Shown one piece after another: positions 41,711 through 51,654 of a stretch of 64,000 bases of DNA; within the stretch, counting starts at the first letter, position 1; every line of letters begins with the position of its first letter. Source of the DNA: Methanomassiliicoccales archaeon (lineage in GTDB: Archaea; Thermoplasmatota; Thermoplasmata; Methanomassiliicoccales; UBA472); assembly GCA_040768245.1 (NCBI GenBank), contig JAXGNA010000004.1:42684-106683 (forward strand), given 5' to 3'. The position numbers and the translations under genes are program-made. A model generated the notes under the pieces. That model saw nothing but the letters and a program-made list of their open reading frames with translations, ran no database searches and was not told the origin of the DNA.

Positions 41711-41777
41711 CTGGATGGCGCCCGAAGGTGCGATAGCATGACAATATTCTTATAACGACCCCGAAATAACGCCAGTT

Positions 41778-44459
41778 ATGACCGGTTCGGAGTTCGACCT
41801 CGCCTTCTTCCAGGAGAAGGGTTTCATGCGCAAGCAATGCCCCAAGTGCCAGAGGCACTTCTGGAGCCTGGGCGACTGGCCCACTTGCGGAGAGCCGCCT
41901 TGCGAGGAGTACACCTTCATCGGCAACTCCCCCATGAACCGGAAGCTCAGCCTGCACGAGATGCGCGAGGCGTACCTGGGATTCTTCGAGGATAACGGGC
42001 ATGGCCGGGTGAAAAGATACCCGATCGTGGCCCGGTGGAGGGACGATGTGTTCTTCACCCAGGCCTCCATCTACGACTTTCAGCCCTGGGTGCTGAACGG
42101 GGTGATCGAGCCGCCCTTCAACCCCCTGACCATCTCGCAGACCTGCGTCCGCTTCAACGACATCGATAACGTCGGAAAGACCGGCAGGCACTTCACCTTC
42201 TTCGAGATGTGCGCCCATCACGCCTTCAACAAGAAGGACGGCAAGTTCATCTATTTCAAGGACCGGACGGTGGAGCTCTGCCATCGCTTCTTCACCGAGC
42301 GCCTGGGGACGGACCCGGGCAAGATGCGTTACATAGAGGAGTGGTGGGAGGGCGGCGGGAACGCCGGACCCTGCGTGGAGGTCATCCTGGACGGGGTGGA
42401 GGTCGCTACGCTCGTCTTCATGATGTACCGTGATACGCCCGACGGACGGAAGCCCATGGACATGACCGTGGTGGACACTGGTTACGGTCTGGAGCGCATG
42501 ACCTGGGTGTCCCAGGGGGTGTCCTCCGCCTACGAGGCGGTGTTCGGACCGGTGGTGGAGTGGCTCAAGGACCTTTCCAAGGTGGAACCGGACCAGAGGG
42601 TCCTCACCGAGTACTCCAAGGTCGCTGGGGCCACCAACATGAGGACCGCCGCGGACGTGCGCCGCATCAGGGAGACCACCGCCGAGAGGATCGGCATCAG
42701 CTATGAGGAGCTGATGAGGACCATCGCCCCCCTGGAGGACATCTATGTGGTTTGCGACCACTCCCGCGCGCTAATGCTCATGCTGAACGACGGCGTGGTG
42801 CCCTCGAACGTCCGGGAGGGTTACTTCGCCCGGATGCTGGTGCGCCGCGCGCTTCGTTCCATCCGCTCCCTGAACCTGGACATCAGGTTATCGGAGGCGG
42901 TGGGAAGGCAGATCGACCACTTCCAGGACATATTCCCGGAGCTGAAGGAGAATCGCCAGGACATCCTCAACCTGGTCGAGGTCGAGGAGGAGCGTTACTT
43001 TGAGACCCTGGGAAGGGGAAAGCAGCTGGTCGGCCGGCTGGTCAAGGACCTCAAGAAGGGCGAGAAGCTGCCCAACGAGAAGCTCATCGAGCTTTACGAT
43101 TCCCACGGACTGAACCCGGAGATCGCCCAGGAGTTCGCGCCCGGACAGATAGATGTCCCGGACAACTTCTACATGCAGGTGGCCGCCCGGCACGAGAAGC
43201 CCGAGGCGGAGGTGGCGGAGGCCAAGGAACGCCCGGAGAAGATGCCCGAGACGCGCATGCTCTACTACGAGGACCCGGAGATGGTGGAGTTCGAGGGCAC
43301 CGTCATCGCCGAGATAGACGGAGGCATCGTCCTGGACCAGAGCGCCTTCTACCCGGAGGGCGGAGGCCAGGAATGGGACCTCGGCATACTGGACGGTAAG
43401 AGGGTCTGCCGGGTCATCAAGATCAAGACCACCATAGTGCACTTCGTGGAGGGCGAGAACCCCAGGATAGGCGCCAAGGTGAAAGGCTCTATCGACCTGG
43501 AGCGCCGCCAGCAGCTGATGCGCCACCACACCGCAGCGCACCTGATCAACGGGGTCGCTCGTAACTTGTTCGGCAACCACGTATGGCAGGCCGGAGCCCA
43601 CAAGGCCGTGGACCAGGCCCGCCTGGACATAACCCACTTCGAGAACCTGAGCACCGAGCAGCGGGACATGCTGGAGAGAGAGGTGAACAGAGTGGTGCTG
43701 CAGGACCGCCCCATCAGCATACAGTTCATGCAGAGGGACGAGGCTGAAAGATCGCACGGCTACCGGCTCTACCAGGGCGGTGCGGTACCGGGTAAGATCA
43801 TCCGGGTGGTCGAGGTCAAGGGACTGGACGCCGAGGCCTGCGGAGGCCTGCACTGCTCCCATACCGGAATGGTCGGTCCCGTTCGCATCACTCGCACCAA
43901 GCGCATCCAGGACGGGATCGTACGTGTGGAATACACCGCCGGCATGGCGGCCGTCTCCGGCATGCAGTCCGACAAGCGACTGGTGGAGAGCCTTGGCGAT
44001 TCCCTTAACGTTCCTGGGGAGAAGCTGCCTGAGGCGGTGGTCAAGCTTCAGGACGACCTGCGCGAGCAGCGCAAGAGCATAGAGCACCTCTCCTCGGTCA
44101 TCAACGACATGAGCGTGAAAGGCCTGGTCTCGGAGGCCCCCAAGGCTGGCGAGGCCCGTGTGGTGATCCACGAGGCGCTCCCCGGAGAGGACCCCGAGGA
44201 GATGTCCAAGCAGCTGGCCTCCATGCCCTGCACCGTGGCCGTCATCGGCGTCCCCGGGGACAAGGCCAAACTGCTGGTGGCCTGCTCTCCGGACGTCAGG
44301 ATGGACTGCCGCAAGGCCCTGAAAGGCATCATGTCCTACATGGGCGGCGGCGGGGGCGGTAAGCCGGACTACGCTCAGGGAGGCGGTGGGGACCCGACGC
44401 GTCTGAAGGAGGCCTTGTCCAAAGCTTATGACGTCATCTGCCGGGAGATCGGCGCCTGA
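41778..44459 (+). CDS. alaS: Alanyl-tRNA synthetase (archaeal)
   Basis: VARWRDDVFFT, VDTGYGLER, RHHTAAH and CGGLH editing motifs, GGGGGGKPDYAQGGG. Confidence 0.96.
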   Translation: MTGSEFDLAFFQEKGFMRKQCPKCQRHFWSLGDWPTCGEPPCEEYTFIGNSPMNRKLSLHEMREAYLGFFEDNGHGRVKRYPIVARWRDDVFFTQASIYDFQPWVLNGVIEPPFNPLTISQTCVRFNDIDNVGKTGRHFTFFEMCAHHAFNKKDGKFIYFKDRTVELCHRFFTERLGTDPGKMRYIEEWWEGGGNAGPCVEVILDGVEVATLVFMMYRDTPDGRKPMDMTVVDTGYGLERMTWVSQGVSSAYEAVFGPVVEWLKDLSKVEPDQRVLTEYSKVAGATNMRTAADVRRIRETTAERIGISYEELMRTIAPLEDIYVVCDHSRALMLMLNDGVVPSNVREGYFARMLVRRALRSIRSLNLDIRLSEAVGRQIDHFQDIFPELKENRQDILNLVEVEEERYFETLGRGKQLVGRLVKDLKKGEKLPNEKLIELYDSHGLNPEIAQEFAPGQIDVPDNFYMQVAARHEKPEAEVAEAKERPEKMPETRMLYYEDPEMVEFEGTVIAEIDGGIVLDQSAFYPEGGGQEWDLGILDGKRVCRVIKIKTTIVHFVEGENPRIGAKVKGSIDLERRQQLMRHHTAAHLINGVARNLFGNHVWQAGAHKAVDQARLDITHFENLSTEQRDMLEREVNRVVLQDRPISIQFMQRDEAERSHGYRLYQGGAVPGKIIRVVEVKGLDAEACGGLHCSHTGMVGPVRITRTKRIQDGIVRVEYTAGMAAVSGMQSDKRLVESLGDSLNVPGEKLPEAVVKLQDDLREQRKSIEHLSSVINDMSVKGLVSEAPKAGEARVVIHEALPGEDPEEMSKQLASMPCTVAVIGVPGDKAKLLVACSPDVRMDCRKALKGIMSYMGGGGGGKPDYAQGGGGDPTRLKEALSKAYDVICREIGA

Positions 44460-44528
44460 AACCTCTTCCAAATCACCCTTTTCATTGCAGAATACTTATA
44501 TACAGGCTCAAGCTTGGCATGTCCGACA

Positions 44529-44658
44529 GAATCGATGCTGTTGAGGGAGCCCTTCATGAGAGGGGCTTGTTCCCGGACCGGTAGCCCTATCCGGAGATGG
44601 GAACTGCAAACCGTGGCCTTCGTCGCGGGGCGTACTTCGTGAGGGCGAGATTCGATTC
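44529..44658 (+). ncRNA. Structured 5' leader RNA of rps13 operon (candidate r-leader)
   Basis: Closing helix GAATCGA/TCGATTC enclosing four hairpins, downstream of the TTATATA box near 44496-44502. Confidence 0.55.
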
Positions 44659-44681
44659 GCGATCGTCAGCGAGGGATACTC

Positions 44682-45185
44682 TTGGCTGAAGCGAAGAAGA
44701 CAACTAAGACTGAAGAGAAGGACGACTTCCGGTACATTGTCCGCATAGTCAACACTGACATTGACGGTAACAAGCCCACCGTGGTCGGCCTGCAGAGCAT
44801 AAAAGGCGTGGGAAAGAGGGTTGCTGAGGTCGTCGTCCGCAAGGCCGGCGTCGACCGCTCGGTCAAGATCGGCTCCCTGGACGAGGCGGCCACCGACGAG
44901 CTGGCCAGGCTCGTGACCACCTACTCTGAGTACGCCCCCAACTGGGCCATCAACCGGCAGGCGGACTACGAGACCGGCGAGGACCAGCACATCGTCAGCA
45001 CCGACCTGGACATCGTGCTCAAGGACGACATCAACCGCTTGAAGATGATCAGATGCTACCGCGGAGTGCGCCATGAGTCCGGACACAAGGTCCGGGGCCA
45101 GCGCACCAGGTCCAACGGCAGGAAGGGTCTGACCCTGGGCGTTTCCAAGAACAAGAACCAGCCCGCCCCTAAGAAGGAGGCCTGA
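44682..45185 (+). CDS. rps13: 30S ribosomal protein S13 (uS13)
   Basis: FRYIVRI, IKGVG, YRGVRHESGHKVRGQRTRSNGR. Confidence 0.96.
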   Translation: MAEAKKTTKTEEKDDFRYIVRIVNTDIDGNKPTVVGLQSIKGVGKRVAEVVVRKAGVDRSVKIGSLDEAATDELARLVTTYSEYAPNWAINRQADYETGEDQHIVSTDLDIVLKDDINRLKMIRCYRGVRHESGHKVRGQRTRSNGRKGLTLGVSKNKNQPAPKKEA

Positions 45186-45187
45186 AC

Positions 45188-45874
45188 ATGGGTGATCCAA
45201 AGTTCCCGAGAAGGAGCTTCGACACGCCCTCCCATCCCTGGCAGGGCGAGCGCATAAAGGAGGAGGCCCTGCTGGTCAAGCAGTACGGCCTGAAGAGCAA
45301 GAAGGAGCTGTGGAAGGCCAAGACCATCCTCAGGAACCTGCGCAAGCAGTCCCGTGACCTCCAGGCCAGACTGAGGACCGGCGAGCACCAGGCCAAGATG
45401 GAGACCGAGAACCTGCTGCGCAAGTGCGCCAGGATCGGCCTGCTGCCCATGGAGGGTACCAGGTTGGACGATGTTCTGGGACTTTCCGACATCGCCCTGC
45501 TGGAGCGCCGCCTGCAGACCGTGGTCTACAACCGTGGACTGGCGTCCACCGTCGGACAGGCCAGGCAGTTCATCGTGCATGGGCATGTGTGCATCGACGA
45601 CCAGAAGGTCACCATACCCGGGTACATCGTCACCCGCGAGGACGAGGAGAAGATCGTGCTCAACCCGAGGTCCCCCATCGCTGACGAGCTGCACCCGCTG
45701 AAGCAGGCCCAGAAGGAGGCTGCTGCGGCGAAGGCCCGCCACGAGGAGGCCGCGGAGATGAAGAAGGACCTGGGCAAGAAGAAGTTCGTGAAGCATGTGC
45801 CCAAGGATGTTGAGGCGGCGGTACAGGACGTCGAGGACGTCCCGGCCGAGCTGCCGACCGAGGAGGTGAACTGA
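45188..45874 (+). CDS. rps4: 30S ribosomal protein S4 (uS4) with charged C-terminal extension
   Basis: MGDPKFPR...[34 protein letters not shown]. Confidence 0.96.
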   Translation: MGDPKFPRRSFDTPSHPWQGERIKEEALLVKQYGLKSKKELWKAKTILRNLRKQSRDLQARLRTGEHQAKMETENLLRKCARIGLLPMEGTRLDDVLGLSDIALLERRLQTVVYNRGLASTVGQARQFIVHGHVCIDDQKVTIPGYIVTREDEEKIVLNPRSPIADELHPLKQAQKEAAAAKARHEEAAEMKKDLGKKKFVKHVPKDVEAAVQDVEDVPAELPTEEVN

Positions 45875-46257
45875 TGGGCAAGTGGGGAATCGCGAACGTT
45901 TTCGCCAGCTACAACAACATCATCATCACCTTGACCGACGTCACCGGTGCTGAGACCATAACCAAGTGCACCGGCGGAATGGTGGTCAAGGCGGCCAAGG
46001 ACGAGTCCTCTCCCTACGCGGCCATGAGGGCCGCGGAGAAGGTGGCCGAGATCGCCAAGGAGAAGGGGATAGAGGGTATCCACGTCAAGGTGCGCGCACC
46101 CGGTGGAAACCGCTCCACCTCCCCCGGTCCGGGCGCTCAGGCGGCCATCAGGGCCCTGGCCCGCGCTGGACTGAGGATCGGACGCATCGAGGATGTCACC
46201 CCTATCCCGCATGACGGCACCAAGAAGAAGGGCGGGCGCCGGGGCAGAAGGGTGTAA
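45874..46257 (+). CDS. rps11: 30S ribosomal protein S11 (uS11)
   Basis: [39 protein letters not shown]. Confidence 0.97.
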   Translation: MGKWGIANVFASYNNIIITLTDVTGAETITKCTGGMVVKAAKDESSPYAAMRAAEKVAEIAKEKGIEGIHVKVRAPGGNRSTSPGPGAQAAIRALARAGLRIGRIEDVTPIPHDGTKKKGGRRGRRV

Positions 46258-46268
46258 AGAGGCGCTTT

Positions 46269-47105
46269 ATGCACATAAAGATGCTAGAGGAGATGGAGAC
46301 CAGGGCCAAGTTCCTGGTCACCGACGCCAGTCCGGAGAAGGTCAACGCCCTGCGCAGGGCGCTGATCATGGACGTGCCCAAGTTGGCCATCGACGACGTG
46401 GAGTTCCACCTCGGTTCCTCCGTCGATGCCGAGGGCAACGAGTACGAGAGCATCAGCCCGGTGTTCGACGAGATCGTCGCTCACCGCCTGGGCCTTGTGC
46501 CTATCCCGACCGACCTGGAGCTCTTCGGCTTCCGGGACCAGTGCTCCTGCGGCGGCGAGGGCTGCCCGAGCTGCACCATCTACTACTCCCTGGAGAAGAG
46601 GGGGCCGTGCGAGGTGTACTCCGGTGACCTGAGCTGCCTGGGCGACGCCAAGTTCCAGCCCAAGGACTCGCTCATCCCGATCGTCAGGCTGGGCGAGCGC
46701 CAGGGCATATTGGCCTACGCCATCGCCGAGCTGGGCACCGGCCGCAAGCACGCCAAGTGGCAGCCGACCCACGGTGTAGGATACAAGTACTTCCCCACCG
46801 TGACCATCGACCAGTCCAAGTGCGACAACGGCGGCACCTGCATCAAGGTCTGCCCGAAGGAGGTCATGAAGTTCAAGGACCAGAAGGTGCAGGTGGTGGA
46901 CAACGACGCCTGCGTCCTGTGCGAGGAATGCGTCAGGGTCTGCCGCACTGGTGCCATCAAGGTGAAGTGGTCCGAGAACAAGTTCATCTTCGAGTTCGAG
47001 ACCGACGGGTCCCTGAGCGCGAGGGTGGCCCTGACCAAGGCCCTGGAATCGCTGGAGAAGACCTTCGACGAGTTCAGGGAGAAGGTCGCTTCCCTGGAAG
47101 GCTGA
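46269..47105 (+). CDS. rpoD: RNA polymerase subunit D (Rpo3) with ferredoxin-like insert
   Basis: NALRR...DVPKLAI, DEIVAHRLGLVP, GRKHAKW, CVLCEECVRVC. Confidence 0.94.
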   Translation: MHIKMLEEMETRAKFLVTDASPEKVNALRRALIMDVPKLAIDDVEFHLGSSVDAEGNEYESISPVFDEIVAHRLGLVPIPTDLELFGFRDQCSCGGEGCPSCTIYYSLEKRGPCEVYSGDLSCLGDAKFQPKDSLIPIVRLGERQGILAYAIAELGTGRKHAKWQPTHGVGYKYFPTVTIDQSKCDNGGTCIKVCPKEVMKFKDQKVQVVDNDACVLCEECVRVCRTGAIKVKWSENKFIFEFETDGSLSARVALTKALESLEKTFDEFREKVASLEG

Positions 47106-47136
47106 AACGGCGGCACCCCCGCCACTTTTTATCTTT

Positions 47137-50100
47137 TTAAAAATCATCCAGGCTTATCGCCTTTTTACTCGCTTTCTCGTATATCGGTTCTTCAGGGATA
47201 TCGTCGGCGTCCGGGTCTCGAGGGAACTCCAGAGGCTGTTCCTCCCCTCCCTCGTCGAAGGAATCGAGCGAGGCCGGAGAACTGTCCACCGGGTCACCGA
47301 AGATCGAGGTTATGGACCGTTCTATCAGGCGTATCCGCTGCTGCGTGTAGTCCGACACACCGTAATCGCGCCCGATGCGACTGGTCACCTCCAGATACTT
47401 CTTCACGCTGGCCTCGTACACCGTCAGGTTGAGCTTGTTGCCGCAGTAGCAATGCCCGATGAGCGGGACCCGGCGGTAGCTCTCCCCGCACTTGGTGCAG
47501 CGGAACTTCTGTCCGGAGAAGCTCTTCAGGTTGCCGATCAGGTCGGGCAGGAAGTGCTTGGTGATGACCCGGTGAACGACATCCCCCTCGTCCACCGCCC
47601 GGATGCGCTTGGCCAGCTCCAGCTGGGCGGTCATCTTGTCCATCATGGTCTCTAGCGTCTTGTACGCGGACTCGTCCGGCCCCTCGGCTATGTCATAGGT
47701 ATCGTGGGTGAAGCCGAAGCCCTCGTACTGCAGCAGCGACTTGATGCGGTCGGAGACCAGGTCCATCTTGGACTGGATGTCCTTGGGATGGCGGAACTCC
47801 ACGCAGGCCCGGTAGAACTCCAGCGGATACTCCCAGTGCACGTCGATGTTCTGAGCTTCCTTGTCCACCTCGTTGGGGTCCAGTCGTAAGGCGAGAACCA
47901 GAGGGGCGTCCATCAGCCCTCCCCGGGAGTCCGGCAGATAGGAGCGGGAGAAGTTCAGGAGGCCGTCCAGCAGCAGCACCACGCTATCCTCGTCACCATC
48001 GGCGTTGCGCCTCTTGGCGGCGTGGAAGAAGGGATGACCGAAGCATACGCTGGCCTTGGTGAAGCCGATCATGCGGCAGAGGATGCCGCCGGAGGTGTGG
48101 GGAGCCAGACCGATGGCAAGGTGGCCGATGAGGTCCTCCTTGCCCTTGGCATTGTAATACCGGGGCAGTTCATAGAACCTCTCCAGCAGGTCGTCTATGA
48201 AGCCGGCCACCCGCACCATGAACTCCCCACAGGATATGGACGGGACGATGTCCTGCACCTTCAGCTCGCAGAGCTGTTCGGGATCGGTGAGCGGCCGGTC
48301 GTAGATATCGTGGTCGTATCCTAGCTCCAACGCCTTCTGTACGCTCAACCCTATCTCCCGCGGGCGGAAATGGGTCAGCGGAACGTCGGTGAGGTCGAAG
48401 CGGATGGTCCCGTCCTTGTTGACGAATATCTCGTGCTTGCGCCTCAGAATTCCCTTCTCGAGGGGCTCCGGGCACATGTCCTTGGACTTGAGCTCCTTCT
48501 CCGCCTTGAGCTTGGGCGGGACGGCCCTTTCGCCCAATACCTTCCGGGCCTTGTCGAGCTCCTCGGCGATGTTGACGGGGACCTCCTTGGACTCGCCCAC
48601 CGGCACGGTGTGGCCGCCGCAGGGGCACCGGTAATAGACCCGGTGCTCGCCGCAGACCTGACACTTCCTTACCCCTAGCTCGACGGTGATGCTCCCCTTT
48701 CCAGCAGCCTTCTCCATGAGCCGCTGCGGACCCCCGTGCATGCCTATCGGGAATATGGTGTGCGAGGGTGCTTTGGCCGACCGGTCCTTGGCCTTCTCCG
48801 GCCGGGCCATGCGCGCGCCTATCCTGGTCACCGAGCGGGGGTTCACCTTCACGCCGGTGCACCTGGACACCGCCTCCATGACTGTGGCGCCTTCCAGGGG
48901 GGTTAGGTCCTCGATGCCTCCCTTTCCCAGAACCCCCAGTCCGGCCAGCAGAGGTTCGGCGTACTTGTCTATGATCAAATGGTCGTTCTCCACCCGGTGA
49001 AGGGCGCCCAGCGTCTCCAGGGTCCGCTTTGACGAAGGTTCCAGGACCACGTTGAGGGACCCATCGATCAATCTAGCATGGCCGAGCAGGTGGGACCTCA
49101 GCTCCTTCAGCTTGTCCAGGGGGAGATCGTACCAGAAGAGGTTGTACTTGGGGTGCAGCGGCACGCCGTATCGCCTGGACATGTCCAGGGCGGTCGCGAG
49201 GTCCGGTGGGTCCTCCCAGCCTTCCGGCAGCTGCCAGTCGTTGGCGGCGTACAGCTCGGCCCGGTGCCATTCCAGGTCGTAATCGCCCGGCACCAGGACG
49301 TGGTTGTTCTCCACGAACTCCCCGAAGGGGAAGAGTATCTGCCCGACGTCGATGATCTCCCTTATCCTTTCCTTGACCGCCTTCAGCTCGGCGACCGTGT
49401 TCGTCTGGACGAGGTCGCCGTTGTCGAGCAGCAATATCGGGCCTTCCAGGCAGTCGCAGGGGGTCACCGCACCAGCCTTGCCGGGCCGCTCGATCTTGAT
49501 CTGGGTTCCGATGGCCAGGAAGTCGTCCAGCGCGAACATGGTGGCCGGATTCAGAGCTATGGCCGCCAGCCCGGTGGTCCTTCCCCTGCCATAACGGAGC
49601 CGTAGCCCCCCCGGCCGGGAGGGATGACCGATCACCGGACGCCCGGCCACGATGTCCTTGAGGTACTTGTAGTCGGGGACCACCTTGACCTCCTTCTGCT
49701 CCTTGGCCGCCCCTTTCTTGAGCTTCAGGTACTCGCTGATGAAGTCCCAGCCCTCCAGGCCCAGCTTCTTGACGTGCTTCTCCAGCTTGGGGGCCTTTAG
49801 GCAAAGCCCCTCAGCGATGACCAGGCACACCCCTCCACGTACGGCGTTGGTCTTGATGCGCGGCAGGTTGCGATAACCGGAGATCTCGGCGTCCTCGGTC
49901 TTCTCGCCGTCGACGCAGACCGGGCAGTTCCTGTAGATGATCTCGATCTCCTGGTTGCTGGGAGTGAACTGAAGATGCTGGACCTGCTTGTATAGGGGGA
50001 TCTCCTCCTTGAGCCTCTCCACCTCCCCGACGGTGGGCTTGTAGGTGCCGATGCCGAACTCCCGCCGTACCACGTCGGCGATGAGCACGCTCATGGCCTG

Positions 50101-50583
50101 GGCGGTTCCCCCGGCGGCCCGGATGGGACCGTTGAAGAATACGGAAAGGTACTCGGTGCCGTCCGGGTTGGGATTGATCTTGACCCCGGCGATGCCCACG
50201 ATAGGCGCCACCAGTATGCCTTCGGTGAGCACGGAAAGACCCACGCGGACCGCCCGCTCGATGGCCATCTCCCGACCCTCGTTGGCGGCGACCGCCTCCT
50301 TGGCCAGCTCCTTGGCTATGAAAAGGGAGAGCTCCTCCCGGCTCTCGATCCGCCTTGACAGCTCGCGGATCCGTTCGGCGACACCCTCCACGTGCCAGTC
50401 GGAGAGCTGCTTCTCCACCCGGGCGGCCAGGTCCTCGGCCTGCGGTATCTCCACCTTGGTGGAAGGGTCCAGCCCTTTGCCCCTAGCCTCGGCGGCCAGG
50501 GCGTAGCAGCGCTCGTTCTCCTGGAAAAGACCGGAGAAGTAACGGCGCATTGATTCGCTGCAGGCCAGTTCTTGCAAGGGCAC
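47137..50583 (-). CDS. polC: DNA polymerase D large subunit DP2 (no intein)
   Basis: GPIRAAGGT, GGLRLRYGR, RIGARMARPEK, KDGTIRFD, LAPHTS, HAAKRRNADGDED, C-terminal Zn finger and PIP-like SLDDF. Confidence 0.96.
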   Translation of the reverse strand: MPLQELACSESMRRYFSGLFQENERCYALAAEARGKGLDPSTKVEIPQAEDLAARVEKQLSDWHVEGVAERIRELSRRIESREELSLFIAKELAKEAVAANEGREMAIERAVRVGLSVLTEGILVAPIVGIAGVKINPNPDGTEYLSVFFNGPIRAAGGTAQAMSVLIADVVRREFGIGTYKPTVGEVERLKEEIPLYKQVQHLQFTPSNQEIEIIYRNCPVCVDGEKTEDAEISGYRNLPRIKTNAVRGGVCLVIAEGLCLKAPKLEKHVKKLGLEGWDFISEYLKLKKGAAKEQKEVKVVPDYKYLKDIVAGRPVIGHPSRPGGLRLRYGRGRTTGLAAIALNPATMFALDDFLAIGTQIKIERPGKAGAVTPCDCLEGPILLLDNGDLVQTNTVAELKAVKERIREIIDVGQILFPFGEFVENNHVLVPGDYDLEWHRAELYAANDWQLPEGWEDPPDLATALDMSRRYGVPLHPKYNLFWYDLPLDKLKELRSHLLGHARLIDGSLNVVLEPSSKRTLETLGALHRVENDHLIIDKYAEPLLAGLGVLGKGGIEDLTPLEGATVMEAVSRCTGVKVNPRSVTRIGARMARPEKAKDRSAKAPSHTIFPIGMHGGPQRLMEKAAGKGSITVELGVRKCQVCGEHRVYYRCPCGGHTVPVGESKEVPVNIAEELDKARKVLGERAVPPKLKAEKELKSKDMCPEPLEKGILRRKHEIFVNKDGTIRFDLTDVPLTHFRPREIGLSVQKALELGYDHDIYDRPLTDPEQLCELKVQDIVPSISCGEFMVRVAGFIDDLLERFYELPRYYNAKGKEDLIGHLAIGLAPHTSGGILCRMIGFTKASVCFGHPFFHAAKRRNADGDEDSVVLLLDGLLNFSRSYLPDSRGGLMDAPLVLALRLDPNEVDKEAQNIDVHWEYPLEFYRACVEFRHPKDIQSKMDLVSDRIKSLLQYEGFGFTHDTYDIAEGPDESAYKTLETMMDKMTAQLELAKRIRAVDEGDVVHRVITKHFLPDLIGNLKSFSGQKFRCTKCGESYRRVPLIGHCYCGNKLNLTVYEASVKKYLEVTSRIGRDYGVSDYTQQRIRLIERSITSIFGDPVDSSPASLDSFDEGGEEQPLEFPRDPDADDIPEEPIYEKASKKAISLDDF

Positions 50584-50622
50584 CCCTTCCGCACTAAGGG
50601 GAGAGAAAATTAATAAGTTTGC

Positions 50623-51609
50623 TTAGAAGAGAGGCTCAGGCGACTCCAGATGCTTGACCGACCCACGCAGGGCGGCCATGACCTCTGGGACGCCAAGCCC
50701 GGTGGCCGCGCTCATCTTAAGCCGGTCGGAACCGCTGTTCAGGATGTCCACCTTGTTCTCCACCACCAGCATCGGCACCTCGGGGAACAGCCCCTTGACC
50801 GATTCCAGCAGCCTCATCTGCCCGTCCATGTGGTAGCCGCAGGTCTCCGACGGGTCCAGGATGAACAATATGGAGTTGGCCAGGTGCTTGAGGGCGGTCA
50901 CCGCCTGCATCTCGATCCGGTTGCGGTCGCCCAGCTCCCGGTCCAGCAGTCCGGGGGTGTCGATGACCTGGTAACGGCGGTGATCGGCTTCGTGGATACC
51001 TACCTCGATCCCTTTGGTGGTGAACGGATAGGCGGCCACCTCCGGTTCGGCCGCGGAGATGGTGCGCAGGAACTGGCTCTTACCCACGTTGGGAAAACCG
51101 GCGATGACGAAGGTGAGCATGTCGTCGTTGAAGTCCGGAACCTTGCGGAACTCGTTCCTGGCATAGGTCAGGAACTCCAGGTCCGGACCGATCTTGTTGA
51201 CCACCGAGGAGGCGCGGCCGTAGAAGGCCTTGCGGGCGTTGTCGGCCGCGAACGTCGAAGAAGAGGTCATGACCTTGCTGGTGTACTGCTTCTGCAGCTC
51301 CTTGATCTTGGAGGAGGCCCAGTCCAGGTTCCCTAGCGCCTTCTTCAGCCTGTCCACGCCCACCGTGACCTCGATCATCTCAGCGAGAAAATCGCCGCGG
51401 TCGTTGATGCTGGGGAAGGCCTTGACATACTTCTGGAGAGTGGACGAGATCACGTCCGTGGCCGAGGCTATGCGGGCCATGGATTTCCTTTTCACAAGCT
51501 CGACCTTGTCCGGTCCCTGCTTGTCGATCTTGCTGACCTTACGGAACGCCTTGTCCAGTATCTCGTCCGCGGTAAGGATGGTCGGGACGCGCTTCCTAAG
51601 GTTCTGCAC
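50623..51609 (-). CDS. NOG1 family GTP-binding protein
   Basis: GFPNVGKS, YPFTT, DTPGLLDR, DPSETCGY, NKVD. Confidence 0.9.
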   Translation of the reverse strand: MQNLRKRVPTILTADEILDKAFRKVSKIDKQGPDKVELVKRKSMARIASATDVISSTLQKYVKAFPSINDRGDFLAEMIEVTVGVDRLKKALGNLDWASSKIKELQKQYTSKVMTSSSTFAADNARKAFYGRASSVVNKIGPDLEFLTYARNEFRKVPDFNDDMLTFVIAGFPNVGKSQFLRTISAAEPEVAAYPFTTKGIEVGIHEADHRRYQVIDTPGLLDRELGDRNRIEMQAVTALKHLANSILFILDPSETCGYHMDGQMRLLESVKGLFPEVPMLVVENKVDILNSGSDRLKMSAATGLGVPEVMAALRGSVKHLESPEPLF

Positions 51610-51654
51610 GGTCCGTCACAAAGTAGAGGTAGTTTATAAAACATGGCTCCCACC

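Noticed and set aside
44529..44658. tRNA-Ser upstream of rps13, as in some archaea
   Set aside because: No acceptor stem, T-loop or anticodon arm geometry; treated as a structured leader instead
47137..50583. Intein in DP2
   Set aside because: Normal length and a continuous motif across the known insertion site
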